From positions 1 through 60,282 of the forward strand of contig CAZBBK010000035.1 in the NCBI GenBank assembly GCA_964490075.1: a stretch of DNA of 60,282 nucleotides, written 5' to 3'. This DNA comes from an uncultured Gemmatimonadota bacterium. GTDB lineage: Bacteria; GCA-2686955. Numbering within the stretch: position 1 is the stretch's first letter; each line of letters starts with the position of its first letter. Of this stretch, positions 23,064 to 33,979 are shown piece by piece. Under the pieces are notes generated by a model, which saw only the letters and a program-made list of their open reading frames with translations, was not told where the DNA came from and made no database searches. The translations under genes and the position numbers were made by a program.

Positions 23064-25316
23064 ATGCGCGCAATACCCAGGCTCCGCTTCCTGGCCCTGA
23101 TCCTCTTCATCCTGCTGATCGCCGCGGCCGCCGCGACCCCCTACGGCCGCTACCGCGTCCGCCTGGCCCTGCGCCAGGTCACCTCGATCTACGACCGCTG
23201 GACCCGCATCTCGAAACGCCACGATCTGCTCTACGACGACCAGGGACGCTACCAGGGGCACGTGGGCGCCGCGCAGCTCGACACCGCGGGCGTGGGGATC
23301 GCCGCCGACCCGCGGGCGGCGAGCTGGACCGGACGCCGAGTCGTTTTCCTCGAGCTCGGCGGCATCCAGTTCCCGGAGTTCACCCGGGGCGACCTGCTGC
23401 CCCAGCTCTGGAGCGTGCTGGCAGAGGAAGGAACGGTGGTCACGGACTGCCTGAACGGCGGGCGCACCGGCGAGAGCGCCGGAACCCACTGTCTCTTCAC
23501 CGGCGTGCGCGCCAATCTGCACGCCACCGCCGCCCGTCCCGACGTGCCGACCGTCTTCGAGTATCTGCGCGCCGCGCACGATCTGCCGCGCTCGGCCGCC
23601 TGGCATCTCTTCACCTGCCATCAGAACGCCATCGGCAACAACGGCGGCCTGCACCCGGAGTTCGGCCCGCGCTACTGGCCGGCGCGAATCACCAATCTGC
23701 GCACCGACACCCAGGCCATCGAGCAGCTCCTGGAGATCCTCGATCGCTACCAACCCGTGCTGCTCGCCGCATCGCTCAAGGACGCCGATCGGCTCGCGCA
23801 GTACGGGCGCGATGCCGAGCGCGAGTACCACGAAGCGATCCGCTGGATCGACGACCTGGTGCTGCGGGTGTGGCGCGCGATCCAGAGCCACGAGTCGTAC
23901 CGCGACCGAACCACCCTGATCCTGGCCACCAACCACGGGCGCAGCATCGACGACCACGCCCCCGATCGCCCCAAGTTCGACGGCTGCGAGCGCTGCCGCC
24001 GCGTCGGACTGCTGGCCGTGGGCGGCGGGGTGCCGCGCGGTCAAGTGATCGCCCAGCCGGTCGCGGCCCGCGACATCGCCCCGACCATCGCCGCCCTCCT
24101 CGACGCGCCCGCCCCCTACGCGATCGGGCGCCCGATCCGCGCCCTGCTCCCGGACGGCACCGCCACCGCCCCCCGGCCGCCCCATCCCTCGACCGCCCCG
24201 GAGGAGCCCTCCACCGTCCTCTCCGGCTCCGCGCCGATCGCCCGCGACCCCGACCTCTGGGCCGAAGGCGAGCGGCTCTTCATCGCCTGGCGTGAACCCC
24301 AACCGGACCCCTCGCGCCCATCGACGCGCCTGGTCGGACGCAGCTCCGCCGATGGCGGCACCACCTGGAGCGAGCCGACCCCGCTGCTCTCCGACGACAC
24401 CTGGGAAGAGGTCGATCGCCCCATCCTGTTGCCGGCCGAGAGCGGCCCGCCGCAGGTGGCGACCTGGGTGCTGGCCCGATCCCACCCCAACATGCCCGAC
24501 GCCTGGCGCTGGCGGATGGCCATCGGAACCTGGGGCACCGCGGCGCCGGACCAGTTCGTGGGCGACGTCTCCTTCTTCGAGGGCCGGCCAAAGCTGCGCC
24601 GCGCGGGCGCCGAAATCGATCTCTACCAGCTCACCGAGGGCAAGGGTGCCATCCGCCTGCGCGCCGGAGCCGAGCGGGAGTGGGAGATCACCCGCATCGA
24701 AGGCCTGCGCATGGACGAGCGGCGCGTGGTGCCCCAGGGGATCGATCGCCTGCCTCTCGACCCGGCACGGGCGCTGTGGATCGTCAACGAGCGCACGCCG
24801 ACCTCATCCTTCCTGCGCATGGGACTGCACGACGCCGATTCCCTGGGCATCCACCTCGACTCCCGCAGATTCACACCCGAGGGGCGCCACTATGCCCATC
24901 CCCAACTGTTCTCCGTCGCGGACCAGCCCCCGCGCCTGCTCTGTTCCGAGTGGCTGGATGGGGAGGGTTGGCGAATCGTGCGGTCGACCTTCGACGAGAC
25001 CACGGGAAGCTTCGGTCCCTTCGAGGTCTTTGTGGCCCGAGCCTGGCGCCCGGCCGTGGCCGCGCGTGGCGGAACGCTGCTGGTCGCATGGGAGAGCGCA
25101 AGCGGGTTGACGGCCCGCTGGTCGCTGGACGGCGGCGCGAGCTGGTCGCCCGACTCGACGATCTCGGGCGGCGGGCGGGCCACGGCCGCATCGATCGCCC
25201 TCGCCGACCCCCTGAGCGCCCACTTCGTCTGGCAGAGCGACACATGCGGCGAGTGGCGGGTCGCCTGGCGCCGCCTGGAGCTCGGCTCCGGAGCCCAAGG
25301 GTCGGCGAAGAAATAA
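23064..25316 (+). CDS. Membrane-anchored alkaline-phosphatase-superfamily domain plus sialidase/BNR-like propeller protein
   Basis: N-terminal TM; RTTLILATNHGR and DIAPTIAALL; two Asp-box motifs (SADGGTTWS, SLDGGASWS). Confidence 0.7.
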   Translation: MRAIPRLRFLALILFILLIAAAAATPYGRYRVRLALRQVTSIYDRWTRISKRHDLLYDDQGRYQGHVGAAQLDTAGVGIAADPRAASWTGRRVVFLELGGIQFPEFTRGDLLPQLWSVLAEEGTVVTDCLNGGRTGESAGTHCLFTGVRANLHATAARPDVPTVFEYLRAAHDLPRSAAWHLFTCHQNAIGNNGGLHPEFGPRYWPARITNLRTDTQAIEQLLEILDRYQPVLLAASLKDADRLAQYGRDAEREYHEAIRWIDDLVLRVWRAIQSHESYRDRTTLILATNHGRSIDDHAPDRPKFDGCERCRRVGLLAVGGGVPRGQVIAQPVAARDIAPTIAALLDAPAPYAIGRPIRALLPDGTATAPRPPHPSTAPEEPSTVLSGSAPIARDPDLWAEGERLFIAWREPQPDPSRPSTRLVGRSSADGGTTWSEPTPLLSDDTWEEVDRPILLPAESGPPQVATWVLARSHPNMPDAWRWRMAIGTWGTAAPDQFVGDVSFFEGRPKLRRAGAEIDLYQLTEGKGAIRLRAGAEREWEITRIEGLRMDERRVVPQGIDRLPLDPARALWIVNERTPTSSFLRMGLHDADSLGIHLDSRRFTPEGRHYAHPQLFSVADQPPRLLCSEWLDGEGWRIVRSTFDETTGSFGPFEVFVARAWRPAVAARGGTLLVAWESASGLTARWSLDGGASWSPDSTISGGGRATAASIALADPLSAHFVWQSDTCGEWRVAWRRLELGSGAQGSAKK

Positions 25317-25395
25317 CTCCCGTGTTTGCATCCCATCTGCACCGCGTCTCCGGCACATCTGGGCGCAAACCCGGGGAGTTACTTCTTCGCCGACC

Positions 25396-26592
25396 CTAAC
25401 AACCCATCGGCGCGAGCAGCTCGGCCACCAGCTCCCGGTCCTCCGGTCGCAGCCAGGGGCCCAACGGGATGCAGAGCATCCGCTCCGCGAACGCCCGCAG
25501 CCCGCGCAGCTCGCTCCCGCGCCGGGCACCGGAGAAGAGAGCGAAGCGGTCGTTGCGGTCATGCACCCGACTCGCCTCGACGTCGCCTTGGCGCAGGCGC
25601 TCGATCCACCGGTCGCGGTCGTCGAGCAGGATCGTGTAGAGCCAGTAGGCGCTGCTCGCGCCGGCGACGACCGGACAGGGCTCCAGGTGCGGCAGCGCGG
25701 CCAGCGCCTGGTCGTAGAAGCGTGCGTTGTCTCGCCTGCGCGCCAGATTCTCGTCGAGGGAGTCCAATCCGGCCAGGCCGAGCGTCGCCGCGATGTCGTT
25801 CATCTGGAACTTGTAGCCGGCCTCGGCAATGTCGAAGCGCAAGGGATCTCTCGGATCGCGGGCGCGCCGATCGATGCCGTGCCAGCGCAGCCGGCGCGCC
25901 GACAGGTCCATCTCTGGATCACGACAGACCAGCGCTCCGCCATCTCCCGTGGTCAAGGTCTTCACCGCCTGGAAGCTGAAGCAGACGAAGTCGCCATGCC
26001 CGCCGATCGGCCGCCCCTCGTATTCGCTGCCGAGCGCGTGCGCGGCGTCCTCGATGACCACCAGCTCATGCTCGCGGGCAAAGTCCATGATCGCGTCCAT
26101 CGCACACGGCAGCCCACCCCAGTGAACCGCCACCACGGCCCGCGTTCGCGAGCTGAGACAGTCCCGCAAGTGCTGCGGATCGAGGTTGCCGGTGCGCGGA
26201 TCGACATCGGCCCAGCAGATCTCCACGCCGCGGCGCAGCAAGGCGATATTGGTGGCGGCGCAGGTCATGGGCGTGGAGATCACCTCGTCTCCCGGTCCCA
26301 GGCCGGCCAGGTGATAGGCGAGCTCCAAGGCACTGGTTCCGGAGTTGAGGGCCACCACCGAGGGCACCTTCATAACCGACGCCAGGCGGCTCTCGAGCTC
26401 CTCGACCCGCGGCCCCTCGCCGAGCCAACCGCTGCTCAGGGTTCGCGCCACGGCGTCGCCCGCCGCCTCGGGGACCCAGGGCCGCAACAATCGCACCCGG
26501 TAGTCGCTGCTGAGCTGCCACCACGAGTCCCCGTCGGGGGTTGTCGGCGCCACCTCGCGCGCCGCGCCGCGCGCGCCTTCCTCGTCGTGCAT
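25396..26592 (-). CDS. DegT/DnrJ/EryC1/StrS aminotransferase
   Basis: LNSGTSALEL, VIEDAAHALG, FSFQAVKTLTTGDGG; AGGAG upstream of ATG 26592. Confidence 0.95.
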   Translation of the reverse strand: MHDEEGARGAAREVAPTTPDGDSWWQLSSDYRVRLLRPWVPEAAGDAVARTLSSGWLGEGPRVEELESRLASVMKVPSVVALNSGTSALELAYHLAGLGPGDEVISTPMTCAATNIALLRRGVEICWADVDPRTGNLDPQHLRDCLSSRTRAVVAVHWGGLPCAMDAIMDFAREHELVVIEDAAHALGSEYEGRPIGGHGDFVCFSFQAVKTLTTGDGGALVCRDPEMDLSARRLRWHGIDRRARDPRDPLRFDIAEAGYKFQMNDIAATLGLAGLDSLDENLARRRDNARFYDQALAALPHLEPCPVVAGASSAYWLYTILLDDRDRWIERLRQGDVEASRVHDRNDRFALFSGARRGSELRGLRAFAERMLCIPLGPWLRPEDRELVAELLAPMGC

Positions 26593-26988
26593 TGCCTCTC
26601 CTGGACAGACTCCCGGCTCGATCTCCAGCCCACCGCGCTTCACGCGGGCGGTCGATCAGGATACGCGCTCCACGCCTCCCGCGCCCATGTTGCTCACCAT
26701 CACGCGGGTCGGGCCCATCGGTCCCGGGCACCGGTCCTGTGGATCGATGCCAGCCACAGCCTCTCTCCCTTCAATCCGAGCGCGGCGATCGGCGTCTACC
26801 GCGACCAGGGCGACTTCTACTTCGGAGGACGCTGGGCGGTGCAAGCGGAGGACACGGGCGACGCGATCCTCTTCGGCGGGTCCGAGCCTCGCGAGCGCAG
26901 CATGGATCTCGCGCTGCTCGGCGGACTCTGCGGACATGCATCGTTGCAGTAGCGAGTTGGTGAATGAGGTGGGCTGAGTCACTCGCCG

Positions 26989-29900
26989 TCAGAGCCCCCA
27001 AGGATCCGACACAATTCTGGTGTTCCAGGCTCGAACGTAGCTCAGCAGCGAATCGCTCGCGGGCCACGCCTCGCCCTCGGCGAAGGGATAGGAGCTCATC
27101 GCCAGGAAGGGCAAAGGAGCGACGCTTCCGCGGTGGGCGGTCTTCGGATCGCCGTCCTTGTCCCAGCCGACCGAGTAGAAGAGGAAGCTGCGGTGGAAGC
27201 CCGGCTCCAGGGGCGGCAGATCGCTGGCGTCGAAGCGCAGCGCAATCTCCTCGCCGTGCCCCATCACCACCAGCCGATCGTCGGCCGCCAGCAGCAGCGG
27301 GCGCACGTCGCCGAAGCGGGTATAGGCGCCAGTCATGCGCGGGTAGGGGCGGCGCCACGTCGAATCGGCGTAGTCGAAGGCATAGGGAACCGGCGCCCCC
27401 TCGTGCAGCGCAGCCGAGTAGCCGCGGTAGCGAAGTGTCGCTCGATGGGGATCTAGGCGAGTGGTGCGAGGTCGAGGCGGCACGGCGGTGGTATCGACGG
27501 CGATCTGATCCCAGTGCAGGCGGAAGTTGGTCACGATCCGCAGGCGCGGGTCGGCGCGGTCGAGCAGGTCGCCGATCTCGTGCACCACGGTCTTCGGTCG
27601 CCCTCCCGGGAACCCGAAGGGAGCCTTGGCGGTGCGCCAGCCGCCGCGGCCGTCGGGCACCTCGAGACGGGGCGGGACGGCGACGCCGCGGGCTTGGGAG
27701 GCGGCATAGTTGCCGGCCTCGCTCCACCAGTAGCCGCCGTGCAGAACGAGCGCCACGCGCCCGGTGGCGGCGATCGGGCCGAGATCCAGCTCGAGCCAGT
27801 GGGTGCGATCGGCGAGGCCCTGGTAGGCCGCATGATGGGCCAGGTCGGTGCCGGTAAAGCGGTCGTCGCGGGCCCGCAAGCGCTCGCTCTGATCGCGGCC
27901 GCGCTCGTCGATGGCGGCCGCGACCGGGAAGGTCGGCCCGATCAGCGCCAGCGGCTCGGCCGGGAAGGGGGGCGGACGCAAGGCGTTGGCCGAGAGCGCG
28001 CGTGCCCCGCCCGGCAGGTCGACCGCGACCAGCTCGACACGGTCGATGTAGATCGTCTCGCGCAGCTCCTCGGTGAGGCGCAGATCGAGAAAACCCTCGC
28101 GCGGCTCGAGACGATCGAGGGCGACGTGCTCGCGCGGGTTGAAGGGGAAGTAGACGCCCGGGGCCAGGGCCAGGCCGAGGGGTGCGTTGCCGAGGATGTC
28201 GGTCACGAAATCGAAGCGCTCCCCGGTCCAGGCATAGAGGAAGGGACAGGACCCGAGCAGCGCGGGATCCTGCTCGATCTCGGTCCGGCGCGGCGGCCGC
28301 TGCCGGTCCTGCCACACGCCGTTGGGCCAGTGCACCTTGATGCGATCGACGGCGGCTCGGGAGCCGAGCTCGAAGTGCAGGCGCGGGGCGCGGCGGGCGC
28401 CCGATCCGGGGGCGGGGTCGACCCGATCCGACGCGAAGAGGCGCCCGGCACGCAGCTCGGTGCGGGAGCCGATCGCGCTGGTGTTGTCCTTGATGCCCTG
28501 TAGCCGCACCGCCTGGGCGATCCCGGCGCCAAGGCCGGGGAAGGCGCGGGCGCCGCCGCGTCGATCCAGGGTCACGATCCAGGGCCGGCCGGCGCGGAAC
28601 CAGAGCGCCAGCACGTCGCCGCCACCGAGCGGGCGCGCCGGACGCACCCTCAGCGAGGTGGAGTCCGACCGGCTGACCACGAGGGTCCGGCCGGAGGGCG
28701 ACGCCACCAGGAGGTCGGCGAAGCCGTCGCGGTCGGCGTCCCAGGGCAGCATCCTCCAGCTCCCCTCCGCGCCGCCGGGGCCAGGCTCTTCGCCGGCGCC
28801 GATTCCCAGGTCGATCTCGGCGAGCGGAGCCGAACCGGCGGGGTCGACGACCCGCAGCACACCGCCGCCGTCCAGCAGCGCCAGGTCGCGCCTTGGGTCG
28901 GCGCAGAGGTCGACCAGGGCGGCGGCGACCGCCCCCGCCGGCGGCCCCGGCTCGACCCGAAAGCGCCCCTCGCCCACGTAGCGAGCGATCCCCGGTGCCT
29001 GGGGCGCGATCAAGAGCAGGTCGGCGTCGCCGTCGAAATCGACGTCCTGGACCAGGATCGACTCGGGGCTCGGCCGGTCCCTCAATCCGCTCTGCTCGGC
29101 CAGCTCGCTGAAGCTGCCCTCGCCGTTGTTGCGCAGCAGCGCGATCGGCCGCGGATGGCGATCGGCGACCAGGTCCAGGTCGCCGTCGAGGTCGTAGTCG
29201 AGAGCGATCAGGGCCCGCAGGGGTGCCAGGGCGGTGGCCACGGGGGCCTCCGCGGCGGCGAGCTCCAGGGGCCGGTCGGTGCCGGCGCGGATCCAGAGCC
29301 GCCCCTCGCGGTCGGCCACGGCCAGATCGGGCAGGCCGTCGAGCGTGAAGTCCCCCCCGGCCAGCGCCACCGCGCCGGAGGGTCCGCCCAGGGGCCGGGG
29401 ATGATCCGCGTCGTCGGGATCCAGTCCCCACAGGGCGCCGCCCGTGGCCAGCACCAGCAGATCGGCATCGCCCATCGAGAGCAGAACCGCGTCGGCCGCG
29501 ATCCCATCCGGGGCGCCATCAGGTGCGGCCAGCAGTACGACCGGCTCGCCCAGCCAGGGCCCGGGCTGGTCCGGCGCGGGAGTGGCGGGCGGCTCGACGC
29601 GCTCCATCGGTCCGATCAGATCGGAGCGCTCCAGACGTGCGCGCGAACCTCGGAAGGTCTCGCCGCGGCGCTGCAGATTGGCGGCGAAACGGTAGCAGCG
29701 CAGCAGCTCGGGTCCGGCGTCGAGCGCGGCCCCCCGCTCCATCCACGAGCGCGCCTCGGCCGAGAGATCGGGATTGACCGCGGCGGCCGCGGCGTAGATC
29801 GCCCGCCCCTGGTCGACGCGCCCCAGCTCCACCAGGGTCTCGCCGAGGTCGAGCAGGGCGCTCAGGTTGGCGGGATCGGCGGCGACGATGGCGCGCAGGT

Positions 29901-30438
29901 GGGCGACCGCCGCTGCGGGATCGCCGCGGTAGCGCAGGTTCTCGGCCAGCAGATGGTGTACGTGCAGGTCGTTCGGCCGCATCTCGAGCACGCGAGCGTA
30001 GGCGGCCAGAGCCTGGTCCCACTGCCCCGCGGCCAGGGCGGCCTGCGCCAGTAGAAAGCGGGCCTTGGGGTCGCCCGGAGCGCGCCGGACCGCTTCCTGG
30101 TGATGCGGCAGCGCCGCGGCGACCTCGCCCAGCGCGGCCGTCGCGAGGCCCAGCAGAGTCGACCCGGCGGCGGAGGCGGGGGCCAGCTCGGCGATCGCCC
30201 GGGCCTGCTCCACGGCGGTCGAGTCGCCGCGCTCGAAGGCGGACACGGCGACATTCAGCCGCGACTGCAGCTCCTCGGGTCGCTCGGCGGGTCCGCATCC
30301 ACAGAGGATCCCCGCTGCACCTACGGTCGCGAAAACGCTCCGCCACGCGGACAACTCGAAGCAGCACCGGCGCTCCGATTCGACGATAATCGGCGCGTCC
30401 CGCGTGTCGATCCCCTTGCACCTGCTTCTCACGGTCAT
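26989..30438 (-). CDS. TPR + FG-GAP (CRTAC1-like) + ASPIC/UnbV protein
   Basis: TPR block; repeated DxDxDGxxDL motifs; NTSAIGSR, LHFELG, VHWPNG, GSCPFLYAWTG. The start is uncertain. Confidence 0.85.
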   Translation of the reverse strand: MTVRSRCKGIDTRDAPIIVESERRCCFELSAWRSVFATVGAAGILCGCGPAERPEELQSRLNVAVSAFERGDSTAVEQARAIAELAPASAAGSTLLGLATAALGEVAAALPHHQEAVRRAPGDPKARFLLAQAALAAGQWDQALAAYARVLEMRPNDLHVHHLLAENLRYRGDPAAAVAHLRAIVAADPANLSALLDLGETLVELGRVDQGRAIYAAAAAVNPDLSAEARSWMERGAALDAGPELLRCYRFAANLQRRGETFRGSRARLERSDLIGPMERVEPPATPAPDQPGPWLGEPVVLLAAPDGAPDGIAADAVLLSMGDADLLVLATGGALWGLDPDDADHPRPLGGPSGAVALAGGDFTLDGLPDLAVADREGRLWIRAGTDRPLELAAAEAPVATALAPLRALIALDYDLDGDLDLVADRHPRPIALLRNNGEGSFSELAEQSGLRDRPSPESILVQDVDFDGDADLLLIAPQAPGIARYVGEGRFRVEPGPPAGAVAAALVDLCADPRRDLALLDGGGVLRVVDPAGSAPLAEIDLGIGAGEEPGPGGAEGSWRMLPWDADRDGFADLLVASPSGRTLVVSRSDSTSLRVRPARPLGGGDVLALWFRAGRPWIVTLDRRGGARAFPGLGAGIAQAVRLQGIKDNTSAIGSRTELRAGRLFASDRVDPAPGSGARRAPRLHFELGSRAAVDRIKVHWPNGVWQDRQRPPRRTEIEQDPALLGSCPFLYAWTGERFDFVTDILGNAPLGLALAPGVYFPFNPREHVALDRLEPREGFLDLRLTEELRETIYIDRVELVAVDLPGGARALSANALRPPPFPAEPLALIGPTFPVAAAIDERGRDQSERLRARDDRFTGTDLAHHAAYQGLADRTHWLELDLGPIAATGRVALVLHGGYWWSEAGNYAASQARGVAVPPRLEVPDGRGGWRTAKAPFGFPGGRPKTVVHEIGDLLDRADPRLRIVTNFRLHWDQIAVDTTAVPPRPRTTRLDPHRATLRYRGYSAALHEGAPVPYAFDYADSTWRRPYPRMTGAYTRFGDVRPLLLAADDRLVVMGHGEEIALRFDASDLPPLEPGFHRSFLFYSVGWDKDGDPKTAHRGSVAPLPFLAMSSYPFAEGEAWPASDSLLSYVRAWNTRIVSDPWGL

Positions 30439-33400
30439 GCTCTATCCCTCATTATTGAACCCTGGCTCGCGTGCCCGGCTGGTGGTTGCGCTGCTGCTCT
30501 CGATCCCGGCGCTCGCGAGCGCCGCATCCACCGAGGCCGGCGGCGCGCCTGCGCTCCGCTTCGCGATCGAGCCCGACACGCTGCGGGTGCGGAACCTGGC
30601 TCGAACCAGCTCCTTCGTGCTGAGCCTCGACACCCTCGGCAGCGGCGGAGCGATCGACATCGACCTGCCCTGGGCGCTGACCGGTCTCGACCCCGACGCA
30701 CCGCCGCCGCCGCTCGGACCCGACCAGGTCGACCTGTGGATCGGCACGGCGCCGGCCGACCCCGCGCCGCGGATAGAATCCCGCGCCGGGGAGAAGGCCT
30801 TGCGCCTGCGCGTCGTCCACAAGGGTCCCGCACTCTCTCGCCGCGACACCCTGCGGATCGTGCCGCGTTTCGTTCTGACTCCGTCCCGGCCCGGTCCGCA
30901 GGCGGTCGGTCTGAGCTGCACGCCGCTCCCCGGTGCCGCGGCGTGGGCGGGCTCCGCGACGGTCGAGGTGCTGCCGGCGATCGCCCTCGCCGCCCTCACG
31001 ACGGTCGCCCCCGGAGCGGCGCTGCCGGTGCGCGTGCGCGCCGCCGGGCTGAGCGCCGTGGAGCTCGAGCTCGACGGCCGCCGCGCCCGCCTCGAAGGGG
31101 TGGGCCCGCTCTTTCGCGGCAGCATCGTCGCCCCGAGGCGCGCCGGATACTACCGCATCCAGGCATCCGATCCCGAGCACCGCGCGACCCCGGCGAGGGC
31201 GGTGCTGAAGGTCACCCCCAATCCCGCCGCCGAGCGCGTCTGGTGGACCGATCTGCACGGCCACAGCGCCCTTTCCGACGGCTTCGGCTCGCCCCGGCGC
31301 TTCTACGAATATGCCCGCGACCATGCCCTGCTCGACGCCGCCGCCCTCACCGACCACGACCACCTGCTGGACGACGCCGAGTGGGACCGGGTCTGCGCCC
31401 TGGCCGACTCGATGGAGGCGCTGCCCGAGTTCAGCGCCATCCCCGCCTACGAGTGGTCCAGCCGCTTCGGCGACCGCAACGTCTACCTGCCGCGGCGCCA
31501 TGTTCCGATTCCGCGCCGCGGCGACCCCTGGGGCGATCACGTGCGCGAGCTGCAGGCCTGGGCGGGAGAGACCGGCGCGGTTCTCGTCCCCCACCACCCG
31601 GCCAGCGGCTTCCGGTCGGTCGACTGGACGCTGCACAGCCCCGCGGCCGAGCCGGTCTGCGAGGTCTACTCGATCCACGGCTGGGCCTGGTCCGACACCA
31701 CCCGCAACCCGATCACCCCGCGCACCCCCGCGCTCCAGCGCTGCGCCACCCCGCGCCTGGCGATGGCGGTGCCGGGCCGCGGCTACCTGGCCGCCCTGGC
31801 TCTCGACCCGGCGCTCGGGGTCATCGCGTCGGGCGATATCCACTCGGCCCAGCCCGGCAACCTCGGCCTGGCGGCGCTGCGCGCCCCGGAGCTCAGGCGC
31901 GACGAGCTGCTGCGGGCGCTGCGCGAGCGGCGGGTCTACGGCACCACCGGCGCCCGCATCCTGCTCGAGCTGGCGGCTCGAGGTCCGGCGGTCGGGGTCG
32001 ACGGGGAGGGCGGCGGCGGCGCGCTCTTCGGCGCCGCGACGCTGCACCTGCGGGCACTGGCGGCGGGGCCGGGCGAGCTGGCCGAGCTGACCATCCTGCG
32101 CGACGGCGAGCCCTGGATGCGCAGTCGCCGACCCGGATGGCCCGGCGTGATCGAGGCGGCCGACAGCCCGCGGACCACCACCTCCTACCAGGTGGTGGCG
32201 CGACAGACCGACGGCGAACGCGCCTTCTCCTCGCCGATCGTCGCCCATCCCCCGGGCCCTTCGGCCGCGGCGTCCCCGGAATCCTCCCTGGCGGCGCCGC
32301 CCTCCGGCGCCGTCGCGCTGGTCGCCACCGGCGCCGACCTGGTCGAGTTCTCGCTCGATGTTCCGGCCACGGTGCTCCTGGAGATCAGCGCCCGCTGCCG
32401 CTTCGTGGGGGTGCCGGGGCCCGGCCCGGAGCTGGCCGACGACGATCTGTGGGTGGAGCTCGACGGCATTCCCCTCTCGGCTCCGGGGCTCGAGCCGCCG
32501 GCCCTGGCCGGAGACCGGCTGCGGGGCACCCATCTCGACGGGGCCCTCGGCCGGGCCTGGTGGAGCGGCGCCCTCGACCGTGGCCCGCATCGTGTCCGCC
32601 TGGTCTCCGACGGCGCCCCGACCGATTCCCGAATCGTGGTCTCGCGGCTGCCCGGCGCCGCGCCGCGCCGGCCCTCGGCTGCCGATCCGCCGCCCCCCAG
32701 ATGGCGCCCGCTCGGCCCTGATCTGCCGCCCGCGCCGCTCTACACCCTCGAGGACCGCTTCTCGATCACCCGCCATCCCCTCGCCGCCGATGCCGGGCTC
32801 TTGCTGATCACCTGGAGCCGCGACCTTTCGGGCACCTCCGCCTTCGGCGAGGAGTCGCGCTGGGTCGAGCTCGACCTGCGCCTGTGCGGAGGGCGCTACG
32901 CGCTGCGACCGCTGGGTTTCGAAGAGGGGCGCGATTTCGTCGCCGACGACGGCCGCGGCGGGGTGCGCGCGACGGTGCGCGCCGATCGCCCGGCGGCGCT
33001 CGAGGTGCTCTACCGCGGGGAGCGCGTCGACGCCGTGGTGGCGCTGCGCCGCGGAGGGCGCTGGGACCAGGGCTGGTGGGAGGCCGCGGGGCGCCGCCAC
33101 CAGGCCCCGCCTCCGAACGCCGGCCTGCGCCTGCCGTTGAGCGGCCGGCCGCGTGCTCTCGCGCAGGTCGCGCTCGGAGATCCGGCGAGCCGCCCCGACG
33201 CCGCGCCCCTGCTCTCCGCTCCCGTGCTGCGCGCCTTCCCCGACAGCTCCGTATTCGCGGCCCTCGCCCCTCGCTTCCCCCGCGCCCCCGAAATCGCGGC
33301 GCGCATCGATAGCCTGGCCGCCGGCCGTGACGCCCTCTGGCTGCGCCAGGTCGCGACACTTTTCGACGGCGATGAAGCCGCCTCCTGGTGGGAGCGCGCC

Positions 33401-33979
33401 GCCCGGGCCCCCGGTGCGACGGCCCTCGACTGGCGCCAGGCCGCCGCCGCCCGCCGCCGCGCCGGTGCCGCCGAATCTGCCTTGCGGCTGCTCGCCGAGG
33501 CACCGGCTGAGCTCGCGGTCGAGCTGCACGACGAACGCGGCCGTATCTTGCGGGCGCTGCGGCGCTGGGCCGAGGCCGCAGAGGCTTTCGCCGCCGCCCG
33601 CCTCCGGCAGGGGATGCGCACCGACCTGCTGGTCGCCGAGGCCGAGTGCCGGCGCAAGGCGGGCGATTCGAGCGTCGCCCGCGAGCTGGTCGCGGCGGCC
33701 CTCGAACAGCGCCCCGACCACGCTCGCGCGCTCCGCGAATGGGTCCATCTCTTCGCCGGCCACAGCCCCTCGGAGGCGCTGCGGGCTCTCGACCTGCTGG
33801 CGGAGTCGGCCGCCGATCCCTGGGTACACTTTCAGCGTGCCCTCGCCCTGAACGCCCTGGGCCGGGACGCCGCCGCCCGCTCCGCGCTCGCGCGCTGCCT
33901 CGACAACGACCCACCGGCGGCACTGGCGAAGCGCGCCCGGCGCCTGGGCGACGATCTGCGAGAAGCCGAGCAGCCATGA
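30437..33979 (+). CDS. PHP-like (CehA/McbA, DUF3604-type) metallohydrolase with C-terminal TPRs
   Basis: WTDLHGHSALSDG, ALTDHD, AYEWSS..GDRNV, PHHP, ASGDIH, RRVYGTTGARI; TPR-like C-terminus. Confidence 0.8.
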   Translation: MLYPSLLNPGSRARLVVALLLSIPALASAASTEAGGAPALRFAIEPDTLRVRNLARTSSFVLSLDTLGSGGAIDIDLPWALTGLDPDAPPPPLGPDQVDLWIGTAPADPAPRIESRAGEKALRLRVVHKGPALSRRDTLRIVPRFVLTPSRPGPQAVGLSCTPLPGAAAWAGSATVEVLPAIALAALTTVAPGAALPVRVRAAGLSAVELELDGRRARLEGVGPLFRGSIVAPRRAGYYRIQASDPEHRATPARAVLKVTPNPAAERVWWTDLHGHSALSDGFGSPRRFYEYARDHALLDAAALTDHDHLLDDAEWDRVCALADSMEALPEFSAIPAYEWSSRFGDRNVYLPRRHVPIPRRGDPWGDHVRELQAWAGETGAVLVPHHPASGFRSVDWTLHSPAAEPVCEVYSIHGWAWSDTTRNPITPRTPALQRCATPRLAMAVPGRGYLAALALDPALGVIASGDIHSAQPGNLGLAALRAPELRRDELLRALRERRVYGTTGARILLELAARGPAVGVDGEGGGGALFGAATLHLRALAAGPGELAELTILRDGEPWMRSRRPGWPGVIEAADSPRTTTSYQVVARQTDGERAFSSPIVAHPPGPSAAASPESSLAAPPSGAVALVATGADLVEFSLDVPATVLLEISARCRFVGVPGPGPELADDDLWVELDGIPLSAPGLEPPALAGDRLRGTHLDGALGRAWWSGALDRGPHRVRLVSDGAPTDSRIVVSRLPGAAPRRPSAADPPPPRWRPLGPDLPPAPLYTLEDRFSITRHPLAADAGLLLITWSRDLSGTSAFGEESRWVELDLRLCGGRYALRPLGFEEGRDFVADDGRGGVRATVRADRPAALEVLYRGERVDAVVALRRGGRWDQGWWEAAGRRHQAPPPNAGLRLPLSGRPRALAQVALGDPASRPDAAPLLSAPVLRAFPDSSVFAALAPRFPRAPEIAARIDSLAAGRDALWLRQVATLFDGDEAASWWERAARAPGATALDWRQAAAARRRAGAAESALRLLAEAPAELAVELHDERGRILRALRRWAEAAEAFAAARLRQGMRTDLLVAEAECRRKAGDSSVARELVAAALEQRPDHARALREWVHLFAGHSPSEALRALDLLAESAADPWVHFQRALALNALGRDAAARSALARCLDNDPPAALAKRARRLGDDLREAEQP

